Shown here piece by piece: positions 1-9,525 of a stretch of DNA of 64,000 nt. Below the pieces are notes generated by a model that was not told the DNA's origin, did not search any database, and was given only the letters and a program-made list of their open reading frames with translations. Both the position numbers and the translations under genes were made by a program. Each line of letters opens with the position of its first letter. Within the stretch, counting starts at the first letter, position 1. Source of the DNA: Candidatus Sericytochromatia bacterium (lineage in GTDB: Bacteria; Cyanobacteriota; Sericytochromatia; UBA7694); contig CAWCRG010000017.1 of assembly GCA_963797915.1 (NCBI GenBank), positions 299,074-363,073 of the forward strand, given 5' to 3'.

Positions 1-932
1 TCTTTGACCTGTCTCGCGAAAACGCTGTCATTATTGGACAGGGGAACGTTGCTGTCGATGTCTGTCGTATTTTATCGAAGAGCATTGAAGAGCTTAAAGC
101 GACAGATATTGCCGATCATGCTTTAGAGGCGCTGGCCGAAAGCAAAATCAAAAATATTTATATGATTGGCCGTCGAGGCCCTGCTCAGGCAGCTTTTACT
201 CCTCAGGAAGCCAAAGAGCTGGGCGAGCTCGAACTCACCGAAGTTGTCATTGACGCCGCCGATCTTGATCTGAGTGAAGCCGATGAAGCTGAGTTAGAGA
301 TGAATCCTGCCAAACGCAAAAATGTGGCCATGATGCGCGATCTGCTCTCCAAATCTCAGGCAGGTGAATTTGCTAACAAGCCCCGCAAACTGCATCTGAT
401 GTTTTTCCAAAGCCCTGTCGCTTTGGAAGGGGACAGCGGTAGCGTTGAACACGTTATTTTAGAACGCAACGCGCTGAGTGGCGAAGCTGGCCAGCAGCGA
501 GCCCGCGGCACCGGAGAAAAGACATCTCTGGACAGCGGCATCTTTTTCCGCAGCGTAGGCTATCGTGGCTTGCCGATGCAAGGGGTTCCTTTTCGCGATG
601 ACTGGGGCGTATTTCATAACGAAGGAGGCCGCATTGAAACCGGTATGTACACCGCTGGTTGGATCAAGCGCGGTCCCTCGGGGATTATTGGTACCAATAA
701 GCCCTGCAGTTATGACACCGTAAAAATGTTGCTGGAAGACGTGGATCAGTTAGAGTGTGCGGTGGCCGATACAGAACCTTTGCGTGCTAAGCTTCAAAGC
801 AAAGCCGTTCGTGTGGTGTCTTATGCAGACTGGAAAAAGATTGATGAGGCAGAGGTTGCTGCTGGCGCCGCTAAAGGTAAATCCCGCAGTAAATTTACCC
901 GTGTAGAAGATATGCTGGCAGTACTGACCTAG
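1..932 (+). CDS. NADPH:ferredoxin/adrenodoxin-type reductase (FprA-like), 5' end lies outside the window
   Basis: ORF is open to position 1 in the frame of the 162..932 ORF. The translation (…IGQGNVAVDVCRIL… GWIKRGPSGIIGTNK…) resembles the C-terminal NADP-binding part of adrenodoxin reductase/FprA family flavoproteins. Confidence 0.65.
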   Translation, partial: FDLSRENAVIIGQGNVAVDVCRILSKSIEELKATDIADHALEALAESKIKNIYMIGRRGPAQAAFTPQEAKELGELELTEVVIDAADLDLSEADEAELEMNPAKRKNVAMMRDLLSKSQAGEFANKPRKLHLMFFQSPVALEGDSGSVEHVILERNALSGEAGQQRARGTGEKTSLDSGIFFRSVGYRGLPMQGVPFRDDWGVFHNEGGRIETGMYTAGWIKRGPSGIIGTNKPCSYDTVKMLLEDVDQLECAVADTEPLRAKLQSKAVRVVSYADWKKIDEAEVAAGAAKGKSRSKFTRVEDMLAVLT

Positions 933-947
933 ACAGGTCCGATAGAA

Positions 948-995
948 AACTGCCCCGTTGCAAGCCGTCTGACTTCTTTTGTCAGATGGCTTTTT
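948..995. terminator. Putative bidirectional rho-independent terminator between convergent genes
   Basis: Inverted repeat agccgtctgac / gtcagatggct followed by a T-run (ctttttt), lying between the stop at 932 (+) and the stop at 1002 (-). Confidence 0.4.
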
Positions 996-1001
996 TAGTC
1001 T

Positions 1002-1934
1002 TTAGCATAAGGGAACAAATGCGTTTCTGGCTTCAAGGCGTTCGATAAGTGGGTCGGCTTCGGCTTTGCGTAAAAGATTTTTAAGCAGGCTGAGTTTGCG
1101 CTGGGTTTCTGAAGTTGCGTTGAGTTCTTCGAGAACCCGCTGTCGTTGTGCAAGAGAAAAAGGCCCCACATGTTGGTTAAGGATCTCAAGGGTGCTGACG
1201 GGGCCAACAGCGACCAATTGCAAAAACTGACACAGCTTATCTTCTAAGTAGTCTAAATCCTTGCTGCTTAAGTCTTGAATATCAAAAAGAGACAGACCAC
1301 TGCCGTGATGAGCAGCCTCATCGGCCAAAATGCCGTGCAGGGCTTTACGCGCTTCTGGATGTTGGCAGGTATTGGCCATTTTTGCGTAGTGCTCTACCCC
1401 CCATCCTTCGAGGACCACTTGTACTAACAGCAATAAACAGCTGCGCTCTCCTGTTAAGATCAGATGGTGGAGAAGCTCTACAAAAGGGTTCGTGGTCAAG
1501 TTTTCTGGGTGTCCCATACTGTTATCAATGAAGTGAAAGTGCCGTGCTTCTTCTGCGGCAAACAGAGAATAAAGCTTTTGCTCATTGAGGGTTGGGGCCA
1601 ATAGGCTCATCTTTGCAGCAAAGCTCATGCCCGCCTTTTCAATGGCGTAAGCCTCACTAAAACGGGCGTAGGCCAGATCATAAGCCACCCGCTCCTGCGT
1701 CAGAGGAGACGCCTCTTGTAAACAACTGACGGCACCCACCTCTAAGTCAGCCAGACTCCACAGGGTTTCAAAAGGAAGCGGCTGACTGCTCGATGTGGAG
1801 TGCCCTTCGGTAAACCGGCGACTTAAAATACGCTCGACTTCAGCCGTGCTCAAATGGTGGGCTTTGGCTAAGGATTGTGCCAGCGTTTCCTGAAGGGTGT
1901 TATTGAGACTGCCTCGCAAGCTGTCAACGCTCAT
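1002..1934 (-). CDS. Ferritin-like diiron-carboxylate protein (putative oxygenase, AurF/desaturase-like)
   Basis: Two E-x-x-H motifs (EEARHF… ADEAAHH) at the spacing typical of diiron four-helix-bundle oxygenases. Its start at 1934 overlaps the upstream ORF stop, suggesting an operon. Confidence 0.45.
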   Translation of the reverse strand: MSVDSLRGSLNNTLQETLAQSLAKAHHLSTAEVERILSRRFTEGHSTSSSQPLPFETLWSLADLEVGAVSCLQEASPLTQERVAYDLAYARFSEAYAIEKAGMSFAAKMSLLAPTLNEQKLYSLFAAEEARHFHFIDNSMGHPENLTTNPFVELLHHLILTGERSCLLLLVQVVLEGWGVEHYAKMANTCQHPEARKALHGILADEAAHHGSGLSLFDIQDLSSKDLDYLEDKLCQFLQLVAVGPVSTLEILNQHVGPFSLAQRQRVLEELNATSETQRKLSLLKNLLRKAEADPLIERLEARNAFVPLC

Positions 1935-2721
1935 AGGAGGGGGTTCCTTCGGGCGACTTTTTTTCTTGTGGCGCAGGCGCTCTTTTTTTTCCGCGCTTTT
2001 TAAAGGTCTTTAGGGCATAGGCGAAGGGCATGGCAAAAGTCATTTCTGCGATGCAGGCCAGTTCGTCTCCCTTTTCCCAGTGGGGGTTTTGTTCGGCAAA
2101 AAAGGCAATGCGTTGATTACCGTCACACATGTCTGAGGTAATGGGGGTGACTTCTGCTTTTAAACAGTCCTTGGTTTTGAGCTGTTGGTTCGAAAATTGA
2201 ATGATGCCGCTTTCGGCGTTGTAGTGTTCGGGGTAAAGGGTCTTTCCAAAGGCGTCAATGATCTGCTGCATGGGTGACGGCGTCGGCTTTTCATGGCGAG
2301 GATAGTGTACCGGGAAGTTATTGGCCATCAGCAGATAAGTCTTGTAACCTTTGGAGATCAAAAACCAATAGAGCGGTGTGAAGGGTTTTTTTAATTTGGC
2401 CAAAAACAGATGCTTTAAAAAGGCCACGCCCAGGGTGCCCTGCCCCCAGTAGTCTTCATGCACCACGGTATCTCCGCTGAACATGCCGCGCACGCGTTGC
2501 CCGCTGATTTCTGTTTCCAGACCCACCAGGGTAGAAAACCCTTGAATGCTGTTGTCTTTGCGATCTTTGAGTAAAAAAACGTGGTCTTTGTGTTGTAGAT
2601 CCTGCTGAAACTGAACAAAATCGATATTGCTGTAATACTGAGAAAACAGACGAAACATATCCGCGATGGTGGTTTGTGATAGAGCGTTAACGGCAACGCC
2701 TTCGGCTTTGAGCTTTTTCAT
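1924..2721 (-). CDS. Putative N-acyltransferase (GNAT-like fold, resembles N-acyl amino acid synthase/OlsB-type)
   Basis: 265-aa ORF whose stop overlaps the downstream gene start. The assignment rests on weak overall resemblance to PF13444-like acyltransferases; no catalytic motif was verified. Confidence 0.35.
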   Translation of the reverse strand: MKKLKAEGVAVNALSQTTIADMFRLFSQYYSNIDFVQFQQDLQHKDHVFLLKDRKDNSIQGFSTLVGLETEISGQRVRGMFSGDTVVHEDYWGQGTLGVAFLKHLFLAKLKKPFTPLYWFLISKGYKTYLLMANNFPVHYPRHEKPTPSPMQQIIDAFGKTLYPEHYNAESGIIQFSNQQLKTKDCLKAEVTPITSDMCDGNQRIAFFAEQNPHWEKGDELACIAEMTFAMPFAYALKTFKKRGKKRAPAPQEKKSPEGTPSYER

Positions 2722-2726
2722 GATGA

Positions 2727-3812
2727 TTATCCAGATATTTTTCGTGGTTGACTGCGTTGCAGCAGCGCGTTTAGGTCTTCTTCGGGCAGGGGAGTCGGGC
2801 TGGCATAAGTGCCAAAGCCCCAGGGTGTGGCCACTTGTTTTTCAAGATGCTGAATGAATTTAATAATGGCCTCGTCTTCTTTGATGGGGTGCTGAAAGCG
2901 AAAACGGATGGTTTCGAAAACCTGCGTATCGCCTTTGGCGAAGTAGTTACCCACTTGCTTCGTGGCCCATAAAATCAGGGGATTTAAGGCACTCAACCCG
3001 GGCAAGTTGGGCTTTTGCTTGGGCGTTACCAACAGGGTCAGGCCTTCGGCTTTGCCCTCGGCGGTGGGGCGTAGCGCAAAAATGATGTGGCAATGCAAAA
3101 AATCGGGGCCTACGGTAACGGAGCCGGTGGTGCCTGCGGTATAACACATGGAGTAGGTCAGGTGGCTGGCGTAAAAACGTTTAAAGAAGCGCAAATACCA
3201 TTTTGTCTCAGGAATGAAGGTGATGTTGTTGAATTGAATACTGTGGGCATTGAGCGCCTGGGTGTCAAAGGCCACGTCGACGGGCAGATTGTGCACCGAA
3301 GTGAAGTGATGGGCGTCGATGGCGTTAATCATAACCACATTGGGGTGGCAGCCTTTGACGAACTGATTCCCGAAGATGGTTTCGACTTCAACCCCTTCGA
3401 GTTCAGGAATCGTATGTACGTCGTGGGTCGGGGTCTCGCCGGTGTAAATCCACAGGGTGTCGTATTTTTCTCGCACAGGATGATGCTTAATTTGGGCCTG
3501 AATACCCGGTGATTTGCGGCAGGGAATATCCACCAATGCGCCCTGATCGTCATATTTCCAGTGATGAAAAAAGCAGCGAAGCCCCGTGCCGTCTACTTTT
3601 CCCTCGGCCAGATGCGCTCCCATGTGCGGGCAATATGCATCCACTGCGCGCGCTACACCATCTTCACCGCGATAGACGGCCAATTCTTTCCCCAAAAAAT
3701 TAAGATGTTTGACCTGACCTTTTTTGAGGTCTTTTGATTTCATTGCCCAATACCACGTCTCGACGACGCTCTGGGGCTGATTAAATACTTTTGTACGGGT
3801 GAGTGCGGACAT
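2727..3812 (-). CDS. Rieske [2Fe-2S] non-heme iron oxygenase, alpha-subunit type
   Basis: Rieske motif CPHMGAHL…17 aa…CFFHHW (C-x-H…C-x-x-H) in the N-terminal third. Length and layout resemble PrnD/KshA-like single-component Rieske oxygenases. Confidence 0.8.
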   Translation of the reverse strand: MSALTRTKVFNQPQSVVETWYWAMKSKDLKKGQVKHLNFLGKELAVYRGEDGVARAVDAYCPHMGAHLAEGKVDGTGLRCFFHHWKYDDQGALVDIPCRKSPGIQAQIKHHPVREKYDTLWIYTGETPTHDVHTIPELEGVEVETIFGNQFVKGCHPNVVMINAIDAHHFTSVHNLPVDVAFDTQALNAHSIQFNNITFIPETKWYLRFFKRFYASHLTYSMCYTAGTTGSVTVGPDFLHCHIIFALRPTAEGKAEGLTLLVTPKQKPNLPGLSALNPLILWATKQVGNYFAKGDTQVFETIRFRFQHPIKEDEAIIKFIQHLEKQVATPWGFGTYASPTPLPEEDLNALLQRSQPRKISG

Positions 3813-3887
3813 TCAAACCTCTTTTGGGGCAACTTTTGGGTAGGACTCACGATATATTGTAGTATATAGGCGTTGTTTATGTGAAAA

Positions 3888-5159
3888 TTGCGTCAATGTT
3901 ACCGCTTTGTTAAACAAAGTAAGGATGATGAAAAAATGTTAGAACAAAATGCTCCCGTTCAGACGACTCAGGTGCCTCCAGCGACGCTTAAGGCGCCAGG
4001 GCCTTTTGCTGAGCATCCTAAAACCTATAAAAAAATTGCTTTAAACCTTAAACGTAACCACAAGCAAGACAATACCGATGCCTTAGATGCGCTTTCAGAT
4101 CGCTTTGATTATGCGGCCTGTGCTGATCAGTACTGGAACCCCGAAAAATTCTCATTGCTTTACGGTACGCCCCTTTGGCACGAAGCGACGGCATCTCAGC
4201 GAGTCATTCTCAATCAGCTGTATTGGGTAGGTTATTATTCACAAATTATCTCAGCAGAGATTGCCACTATTTTTTTGAATCAGACCGCCGCTGCCGGTCT
4301 CTACGGCATTGAGGATTTTCGTATCGTCTGCGATACCTTAGACTTTGAGTCCCATCAGGAGCGGGCGCATATTCACGCTTTTAAAACGATTTCAGACGCC
4401 ACTGAAAACGCTATCTTTGGGGAGCGCATGTTTAGCTACCCCATGAAAAACTTTGCCTCTGAAACCATTATTTATCAAAACACCAACCCCTTTAAAAGTG
4501 CCTGGAAAAAATTTCAGCTCCACTACTTTGCCTATCTCTCTTCTTCAAACGCTTTTTTGGCCAGTCAGTATCTCACCGTGAGAGGCATGCGCACGCTAAA
4601 CGGTAAAATTGTACAGCACCAACTCAGTCAGTTTTACGACAAGCATCCCGATCAGGCCAATGCCCCGATTCCGGCTCAAATTAGCTATCATCACTTTTTA
4701 GACGAGTCTTATCACTTTAATAGTTCAACGCTGATCGGTCATGAGGTGGTCAAAAGCCTGAAGCCGCCGACGGCCTTTGAAAAGTACGTTGCCAATTTAG
4801 CAGTCAAAGGCTGTCAGCGGGATCATTATGCCTTCAACTGTTCTGTGAACGGTATTTTTTGGTACGAGCCCGCGGTGTTTGGCACCATTTACAAGATCTT
4901 ACGCAGCCAGGTCTTTGGCTTTTCGCGTGCTGAAGCCCTGGCGATGATGGAGCGTTGCTTTTGCCAGGAAAATGAAGGCGTTCACGAGGCTTTTAGCACC
5001 CATCAGGTCGCGCGTGAGTCTTATGCACAATATCTCTCGGATCTGCCTTTTTTAACCCCTGAAAACCGAGCAGTTACCCTGATGAAGCAATCCGATATTC
5101 CTGGCTATTTGCGTACCAATCGCCGCACTTTTGCGCGATTTAAGCAGGGAGTGGCCTGA
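3888..5159 (+). CDS. Ferritin-like diiron oxygenase, AurF/CmlI-like arylamine N-oxygenase family (putative)
   Basis: Motifs ESHQERAHIHAF and LDESYHFN (E-x2-H / D-E-x2-H) as found in AurF-type diiron enzymes. An alternative start at 3936 (ATG) is preceded by AGGA. The stop overlaps the next start (ATGA). Confidence 0.5.
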   Translation: MRQCYRFVKQSKDDEKMLEQNAPVQTTQVPPATLKAPGPFAEHPKTYKKIALNLKRNHKQDNTDALDALSDRFDYAACADQYWNPEKFSLLYGTPLWHEATASQRVILNQLYWVGYYSQIISAEIATIFLNQTAAAGLYGIEDFRIVCDTLDFESHQERAHIHAFKTISDATENAIFGERMFSYPMKNFASETIIYQNTNPFKSAWKKFQLHYFAYLSSSNAFLASQYLTVRGMRTLNGKIVQHQLSQFYDKHPDQANAPIPAQISYHHFLDESYHFNSSTLIGHEVVKSLKPPTAFEKYVANLAVKGCQRDHYAFNCSVNGIFWYEPAVFGTIYKILRSQVFGFSRAEALAMMERCFCQENEGVHEAFSTHQVARESYAQYLSDLPFLTPENRAVTLMKQSDIPGYLRTNRRTFARFKQGVA

Positions 5160-5452
5160 TGCCTGAGGTGAGACATACCCTGCATTTTAAAAATGCACCG
5201 TCGATGACGGTGATCGAAGGCGAAAGCCTCTCTGAATCCCTGGACGTCATGAACACCCCGATTTTATTTGGTTGTCGCACCGGCATTTGTGCCACCTGTC
5301 TGGTCCGTGTGATTTCAGGCCAGGAATCCCTGCCGCCGCTTTCTGAAGAAGAGTCTGAAGTTTTGGAGCTAGAAACCGATGATCCAGACTGCCGTTTGGC
5401 CTGTCAGTTACACTTGTCGGGAGACGTAACCCTGGAATATGTGGGTAAATAA
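5159..5452 (+). CDS. [2Fe-2S] ferredoxin
   Basis: C-x4-C-x2-C…C pattern (CRTGICATC…C); 97 aa; translationally coupled (ATGA overlap) to the upstream oxygenase gene. Confidence 0.75.
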   Translation: MPEVRHTLHFKNAPSMTVIEGESLSESLDVMNTPILFGCRTGICATCLVRVISGQESLPPLSEEESEVLELETDDPDCRLACQLHLSGDVTLEYVGK

Positions 5453-5462
5453 GTGAATACTA

Positions 5463-6515
5463 ATGAACGCTGAACCTGTTTCTGAACCCGTTAGCCACAA
5501 ACACTTTTGGTATATTGCTTGCCAGTCTCACGAGCTGGGAGAGCAAAAGCCGATTCAACGCACGATTCTCGACGAGTGGGTTGTGCTTTTTCGCGATGAA
5601 GAGGGGCAGGCCGTGGCGCTGCAAGACCGTTGCCCGCACCGAAACTTTAAATTGTCTGAGGGATATTTGCAGCAAGGTCAGCTTCAGTGCGCTTACCACG
5701 GCTGGGTGTTTGACGGCCAGGGGCAAGTCATCGCGATTCCTTCGGAGAGTCATGACTTTAAACCCCGTAAAACCCGCTGTGCTAAATCTTTTGAAGTCCT
5801 TGAACAAGATGACTTTATCTACGTGCGCCTGGCCCGCCACCCGGAAATGGACGCGCCCCCCTTTGTCATGCCCCATTACAAAGAAAAAGGCTATAAAACG
5901 GTACGCCTGTTTAATGTCTTTGAAAATGACGTGACCAATTGTGCCGAAAACTACGTCGATGTTCCCCATACCGTCTTTGTGCACGATAAAATTTTTCGGG
6001 TCAGTCGCGACGAAAAAGTAGAGGCCACGGTGACCCGTAAAGCCGGCTCTGTTTATATTGACTACCGAGATGAAACCGATAATATGGGCTGGTTTTCGTT
6101 TTTTTTAAATCCTAAAAAACAACCCATTGTCCACAAAGACGCTTTTCATAGCCCCAATGTCACGAGTGTCGAATATATTTTTTCTCCGGGCAAAAGTTTT
6201 TACATTAGCTCTCACTGCACACCGGTCAACGATCGCTTAACCCACGTCTATACTGACTTGACCTATCAATTTGGTCCCCTGTTTAATTGGGCCGCCGGCC
6301 CGATTGTTCGCTATCAGGGCCAAAGTGTGATTGACCAGGATATCAAAGTTCTCAATACCCAGATGGAGGTGATTCAAAAGTATGGGGTAAAGTTTAGCCA
6401 TTCTAACGCAGATATTGTTCATATTCTGATTGAATCGCTCCGCCACGCCATTGATAAAGGCCAGAACCCGTTGACCCTGAGCGAGCAAACCCATGACTTC
6501 CGTTTCTGGATTTAG
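5463..6515 (+). CDS. Rieske [2Fe-2S] non-heme iron oxygenase (second, distinct family member)
   Basis: Rieske motif CPHRNFKL…CAYHGW, 350 aa, immediately downstream of the ferredoxin. Confidence 0.8.
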   Translation: MNAEPVSEPVSHKHFWYIACQSHELGEQKPIQRTILDEWVVLFRDEEGQAVALQDRCPHRNFKLSEGYLQQGQLQCAYHGWVFDGQGQVIAIPSESHDFKPRKTRCAKSFEVLEQDDFIYVRLARHPEMDAPPFVMPHYKEKGYKTVRLFNVFENDVTNCAENYVDVPHTVFVHDKIFRVSRDEKVEATVTRKAGSVYIDYRDETDNMGWFSFFLNPKKQPIVHKDAFHSPNVTSVEYIFSPGKSFYISSHCTPVNDRLTHVYTDLTYQFGPLFNWAAGPIVRYQGQSVIDQDIKVLNTQMEVIQKYGVKFSHSNADIVHILIESLRHAIDKGQNPLTLSEQTHDFRFWI

Positions 6516-6524
6516 GGGGCCGTT

Positions 6525-7250
6525 ATGTTAGTCGCGATCACCTTCGGCTTGCTTTTTTTATGGTTATTGACCGCTGCGGCTGAGCGGGCGCAATTGCGTC
6601 AGAAGACCCTGTTTGAGTGGGTCTTAGACAGCAGTAACTTAACCATCCAGGGCACCCTGATTCCGCTATTGCAAACGGGCCTGCTTTTTGGCGCGCTTGC
6701 TTTTATCTGGCCCGAAGGGCGTGGATTCCTGAACATAGAACCCTTTTGGGGCTTCGCTCTCAATTTTTTTATGGTGGACTATTTATACTACTGGAACCAC
6801 CGTCTCTTGCACCAGCGGTCACTGTTTCCCCTTCATGTGGTGCACCATACGGTAAAGCATATGGATGTGTTTGCCACCTCTCGCAATAGTTTGATCACCA
6901 GCTTTTTTATTGTGTACCTCTGGGTGAATGGCTTTTTATTGTACGTGACGGATCTCAACAGGGGCTTGCTATTGGGCATGAGTGTGTCGGCAGCCCTGGA
7001 TATTTGGAAGCATGCCTCGCTCGGCAAGCGTCACCCTCAGCTTCAGCGCCGTTTGTCTCAGGCGGGAATCATGACGCCACTGGATCACGCCTGGCATCAC
7101 GCTCAGCGTTTAAACAAAAATTATGGGGCCAATCTGAACTGGTATGACAAACTTCACGGCACGTATTATGCCAGTGATACCTATCCAGAACGTATGGGTG
7201 TAAAAACCGCCTTAAGGCCCTGGCAGAAGCTCTTGTTTCCTTTCTCATGA
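6525..7250 (+). CDS. Fatty acid hydroxylase / sterol desaturase superfamily membrane protein
   Basis: Histidine boxes WNHRLLH, HVVHH and HAWHH within a hydrophobic membrane protein, typical of the FA_hydroxylase family (PF04116). Confidence 0.75.
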   Translation: MLVAITFGLLFLWLLTAAAERAQLRQKTLFEWVLDSSNLTIQGTLIPLLQTGLLFGALAFIWPEGRGFLNIEPFWGFALNFFMVDYLYYWNHRLLHQRSLFPLHVVHHTVKHMDVFATSRNSLITSFFIVYLWVNGFLLYVTDLNRGLLLGMSVSAALDIWKHASLGKRHPQLQRRLSQAGIMTPLDHAWHHAQRLNKNYGANLNWYDKLHGTYYASDTYPERMGVKTALRPWQKLLFPFS

Positions 7251-7888
7251 CCCTTTTATCTCGGTTATTGGCGCTCTTTCCTGCATCGGTGGTGCTACTC
7301 ACTGTTCTGGCTCTGGGTCTTGCCCTTAGCCCTGTTTCACTGCTGTGGCGAATCGTGGGGGCTTTGACTTTGCCCTTCATTCTCTATCTTTATCCGGTCA
7401 TGGTTTATCGTTTATTGACTTACTTTAAGCCGTTGAACACCCCTTTGCGTGAAGAATTAACGGGCAACCATTACAGCCACTGGTGGGGCAGTCACCAGGT
7501 GCAGCTGATTTATTTGGTGCTGCCTGTGCTGGAGCGCTTTTTACGGGTGATGCCCGGCGTTTACAGTGCCTGGCTAAGACTCTGGGGCGCAAAGATTGGC
7601 CAACAGGTCTATTGGACGCCCAATGTCGAGGTTCATGATCGCGCATTGCTGCAGCTCGGAGACGGCGTATTACTGGGGCACGAAGTCAAGCTGGTGTCTC
7701 ATGTGGTGATGCCTCATCGACAGCATCTAAGGCTTTACGCCAATCCGATTATTATTGGCGATCGGTGTTTTATTGGTGCGGGTTCTGTCCTGGGGCCGGG
7801 CGTGCGAGTTGATGCACAGCAGGTTTTACCCGTGCGCACCGAAGGGCGCATTAATCAGCGTTTCCAACGCTTTGAGAAAACCCCTTGA
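7247..7888 (+). CDS. Membrane protein with a hexapeptide-like C-terminal segment (possible acyltransferase)
   Basis: Two N-terminal hydrophobic helices. A C-terminal IGDRCFIGAGSVLGPGVRV segment resembles left-handed beta-helix hexapeptide repeats. Start and stop codons overlap the neighbouring genes. Confidence 0.3.
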   Translation: MTLLSRLLALFPASVVLLTVLALGLALSPVSLLWRIVGALTLPFILYLYPVMVYRLLTYFKPLNTPLREELTGNHYSHWWGSHQVQLIYLVLPVLERFLRVMPGVYSAWLRLWGAKIGQQVYWTPNVEVHDRALLQLGDGVLLGHEVKLVSHVVMPHRQHLRLYANPIIIGDRCFIGAGSVLGPGVRVDAQQVLPVRTEGRINQRFQRFEKTP

Positions 7889-9525
7889 TCTTAAGTTCTC
7901 TTTTACAGGGCTATACCGGCTACGCTTACCGGCGGTGGCAGCATGCTTTAAAGCACCCGCAACAGGCCCAGCAGCGCACGCTTCAGCAGATCCTTGCCTT
8001 ACAAGCGCGCTTGCCTCAGCGTAAAGGACGCTGGGGTAAACGGCAAAAGCTTCAGGCGCTGCTTGCCCACTTGCGTCAGCTGCCCTTGCAAGATTATGAG
8101 GCCTTGCCAGAGCTGTCCCCATTAACCCATGATCCCCCACTGTTTTATGAGCTCACCAGTGGTTCCAGCGGCGCGAAAAAGCGCATTCCTTACACCCGCC
8201 CCTTGCTCAAGAGCTTTACCCAGATGTTCTTGTGCTGGGCCCATGATATTTTAGTGACCTTACAGCAACAGGGCAGACCTTTTGCCGGCGGACAGGTGTA
8301 CTTTAGCGTGTCTCCTCAGTTTCATGAGCCATCGACCCATGTGGACAGGGGACTGATTGATGACAGTGATTACCTGACCGGGTTGAGTGCGCGACTGTTT
8401 CAGCGCTTTCGGGCGGCTCCCAATACCCTGCGCCACCTACAGCAGCCGGCTCACTTTTGGGATGTGCTGGCCCTGGCACTCTTGCGAGCCCCCCAATTGG
8501 AGGTCATTTCGGTCTGGTCCCCCAGTTTTTTGCGGGTGCTTCAAAGCCATATACGTCAACATGGTGAGCGTTTGTCGGGGTTATTGGCGGAGCCTGAGTT
8601 GCATTATGAAGGCCTTTGTTTTGCCCTGCCCGTGCCCGCGCCCGCTCGACAGCGGCGCTTAAAAGAGACGCTGCTGTGGCTCGCGCATCAAGACCGTCAA
8701 CAACCTCAGCCTCCTGTGCCTGTCTGGGTGTGGGCGCAGTGTTTTCCTCACCTCAAACTGATTTCTGCCTGGGGGGCTGAAAATGCGGCCCGCGACTTTG
8801 CTGCTTTGCGGGCCGACTTTTCGTTTGCGCATGTGCAAGAAAAGGGGCTATTGGCTACTGAGGCTCCCCTCACGATTCCTTCGGAGCAATGTGGGGGGTT
8901 CTTACCTTTACCCCAGGAGGTTTTCTACGAGTTTATCCCTCTTGATGGTCAGGGACAGCCGATACTTTCACGTCAGTCCTCAGAGCAGTCTCAGCCCCTG
9001 CTCTTACATGAGTTGACCCCTGGCGAAGCCTATGAAGTGGTGATTAGCCAAAAGTCGGGGTTGCTGCGCTATCGCTTAAAGGATCGTGTGCGGGTGACTG
9101 CTCTGTGGGGGCTTACGCCCCATTTGCGTTTTGAGGGGCGCAGTGAGGCCCTGTGTGATCTCGTAGGTGAAAAGCTCAACGCCGCCTTTGTGGCGCAGGG
9201 GGTGCAGCAATGTTATCCGACGCAGCGGGTCTGTGTCATTCCTCAGCTGTCCCCAGCGGGCTACGTGTTGGTCGCAGAGCAGGCGCTCAATGCCGCAGAC
9301 CTTGAATCCTATTTTTTGACCTCGCCCCATTATTGCAACGCGCGAAGCTTAGGCCAGCTTCAGCCGCTTCGCTTGCAGGTTATTCCTCAACTCCACAGTC
9401 ATTTACATCAATTTTTTGTGAGCCAACGCCACATGAAGTTAGGGGATATTAAAGATCAGTTGCTTTATTATCGGGAGCAAGACGGTCAGCTGCTGCAATA
9501 CCTTTTGGCAGCGGCGCATCTTTAA
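7885..9525 (+). CDS. GH3-family acyl-acid amido synthetase-like adenylating enzyme
   Basis: YELTSGSSGAKKRIPYT resembles the GH3 (PF03321) phosphate-binding motif. 546 aa; start overlaps the upstream stop (ATGA). Confidence 0.55.
   Translation: MILSSLLQGYTGYAYRRWQHALKHPQQAQQRTLQQILALQARLPQRKGRWGKRQKLQALLAHLRQLPLQDYEALPELSPLTHDPPLFYELTSGSSGAKKRIPYTRPLLKSFTQMFLCWAHDILVTLQQQGRPFAGGQVYFSVSPQFHEPSTHVDRGLIDDSDYLTGLSARLFQRFRAAPNTLRHLQQPAHFWDVLALALLRAPQLEVISVWSPSFLRVLQSHIRQHGERLSGLLAEPELHYEGLCFALPVPAPARQRRLKETLLWLAHQDRQQPQPPVPVWVWAQCFPHLKLISAWGAENAARDFAALRADFSFAHVQEKGLLATEAPLTIPSEQCGGFLPLPQEVFYEFIPLDGQGQPILSRQSSEQSQPLLLHELTPGEAYEVVISQKSGLLRYRLKDRVRVTALWGLTPHLRFEGRSEALCDLVGEKLNAAFVAQGVQQCYPTQRVCVIPQLSPAGYVLVAEQALNAADLESYFLTSPHYCNARSLGQLQPLRLQVIPQLHSHLHQFFVSQRHMKLGDIKDQLLYYREQDGQLLQYLLAAAHL

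Noticed and set aside
3813-3887. Possible palindromic operator (atatattgtagtatata) in the divergent promoter region
   Set aside because: It is not a true palindrome on inspection. It may simply contain -10-like TATA elements for the divergent promoters.
5460-5984. 174-aa - strand ORF and 139-aa + strand ORF overlapping the Rieske oxygenase gene
   Set aside because: They are fully embedded in a strongly supported CDS with recognisable motifs. They are typical spurious antisense or alternate-frame ORFs.
9449-9525. 77-bp overlap between convergent GH3 and DUF962-like genes as a sign of a miscalled gene
   Set aside because: Both ORFs are long with plausible termini. The overlap is unusual but cannot be resolved from sequence alone, so both calls are kept, the DUF962-like one at low confidence.
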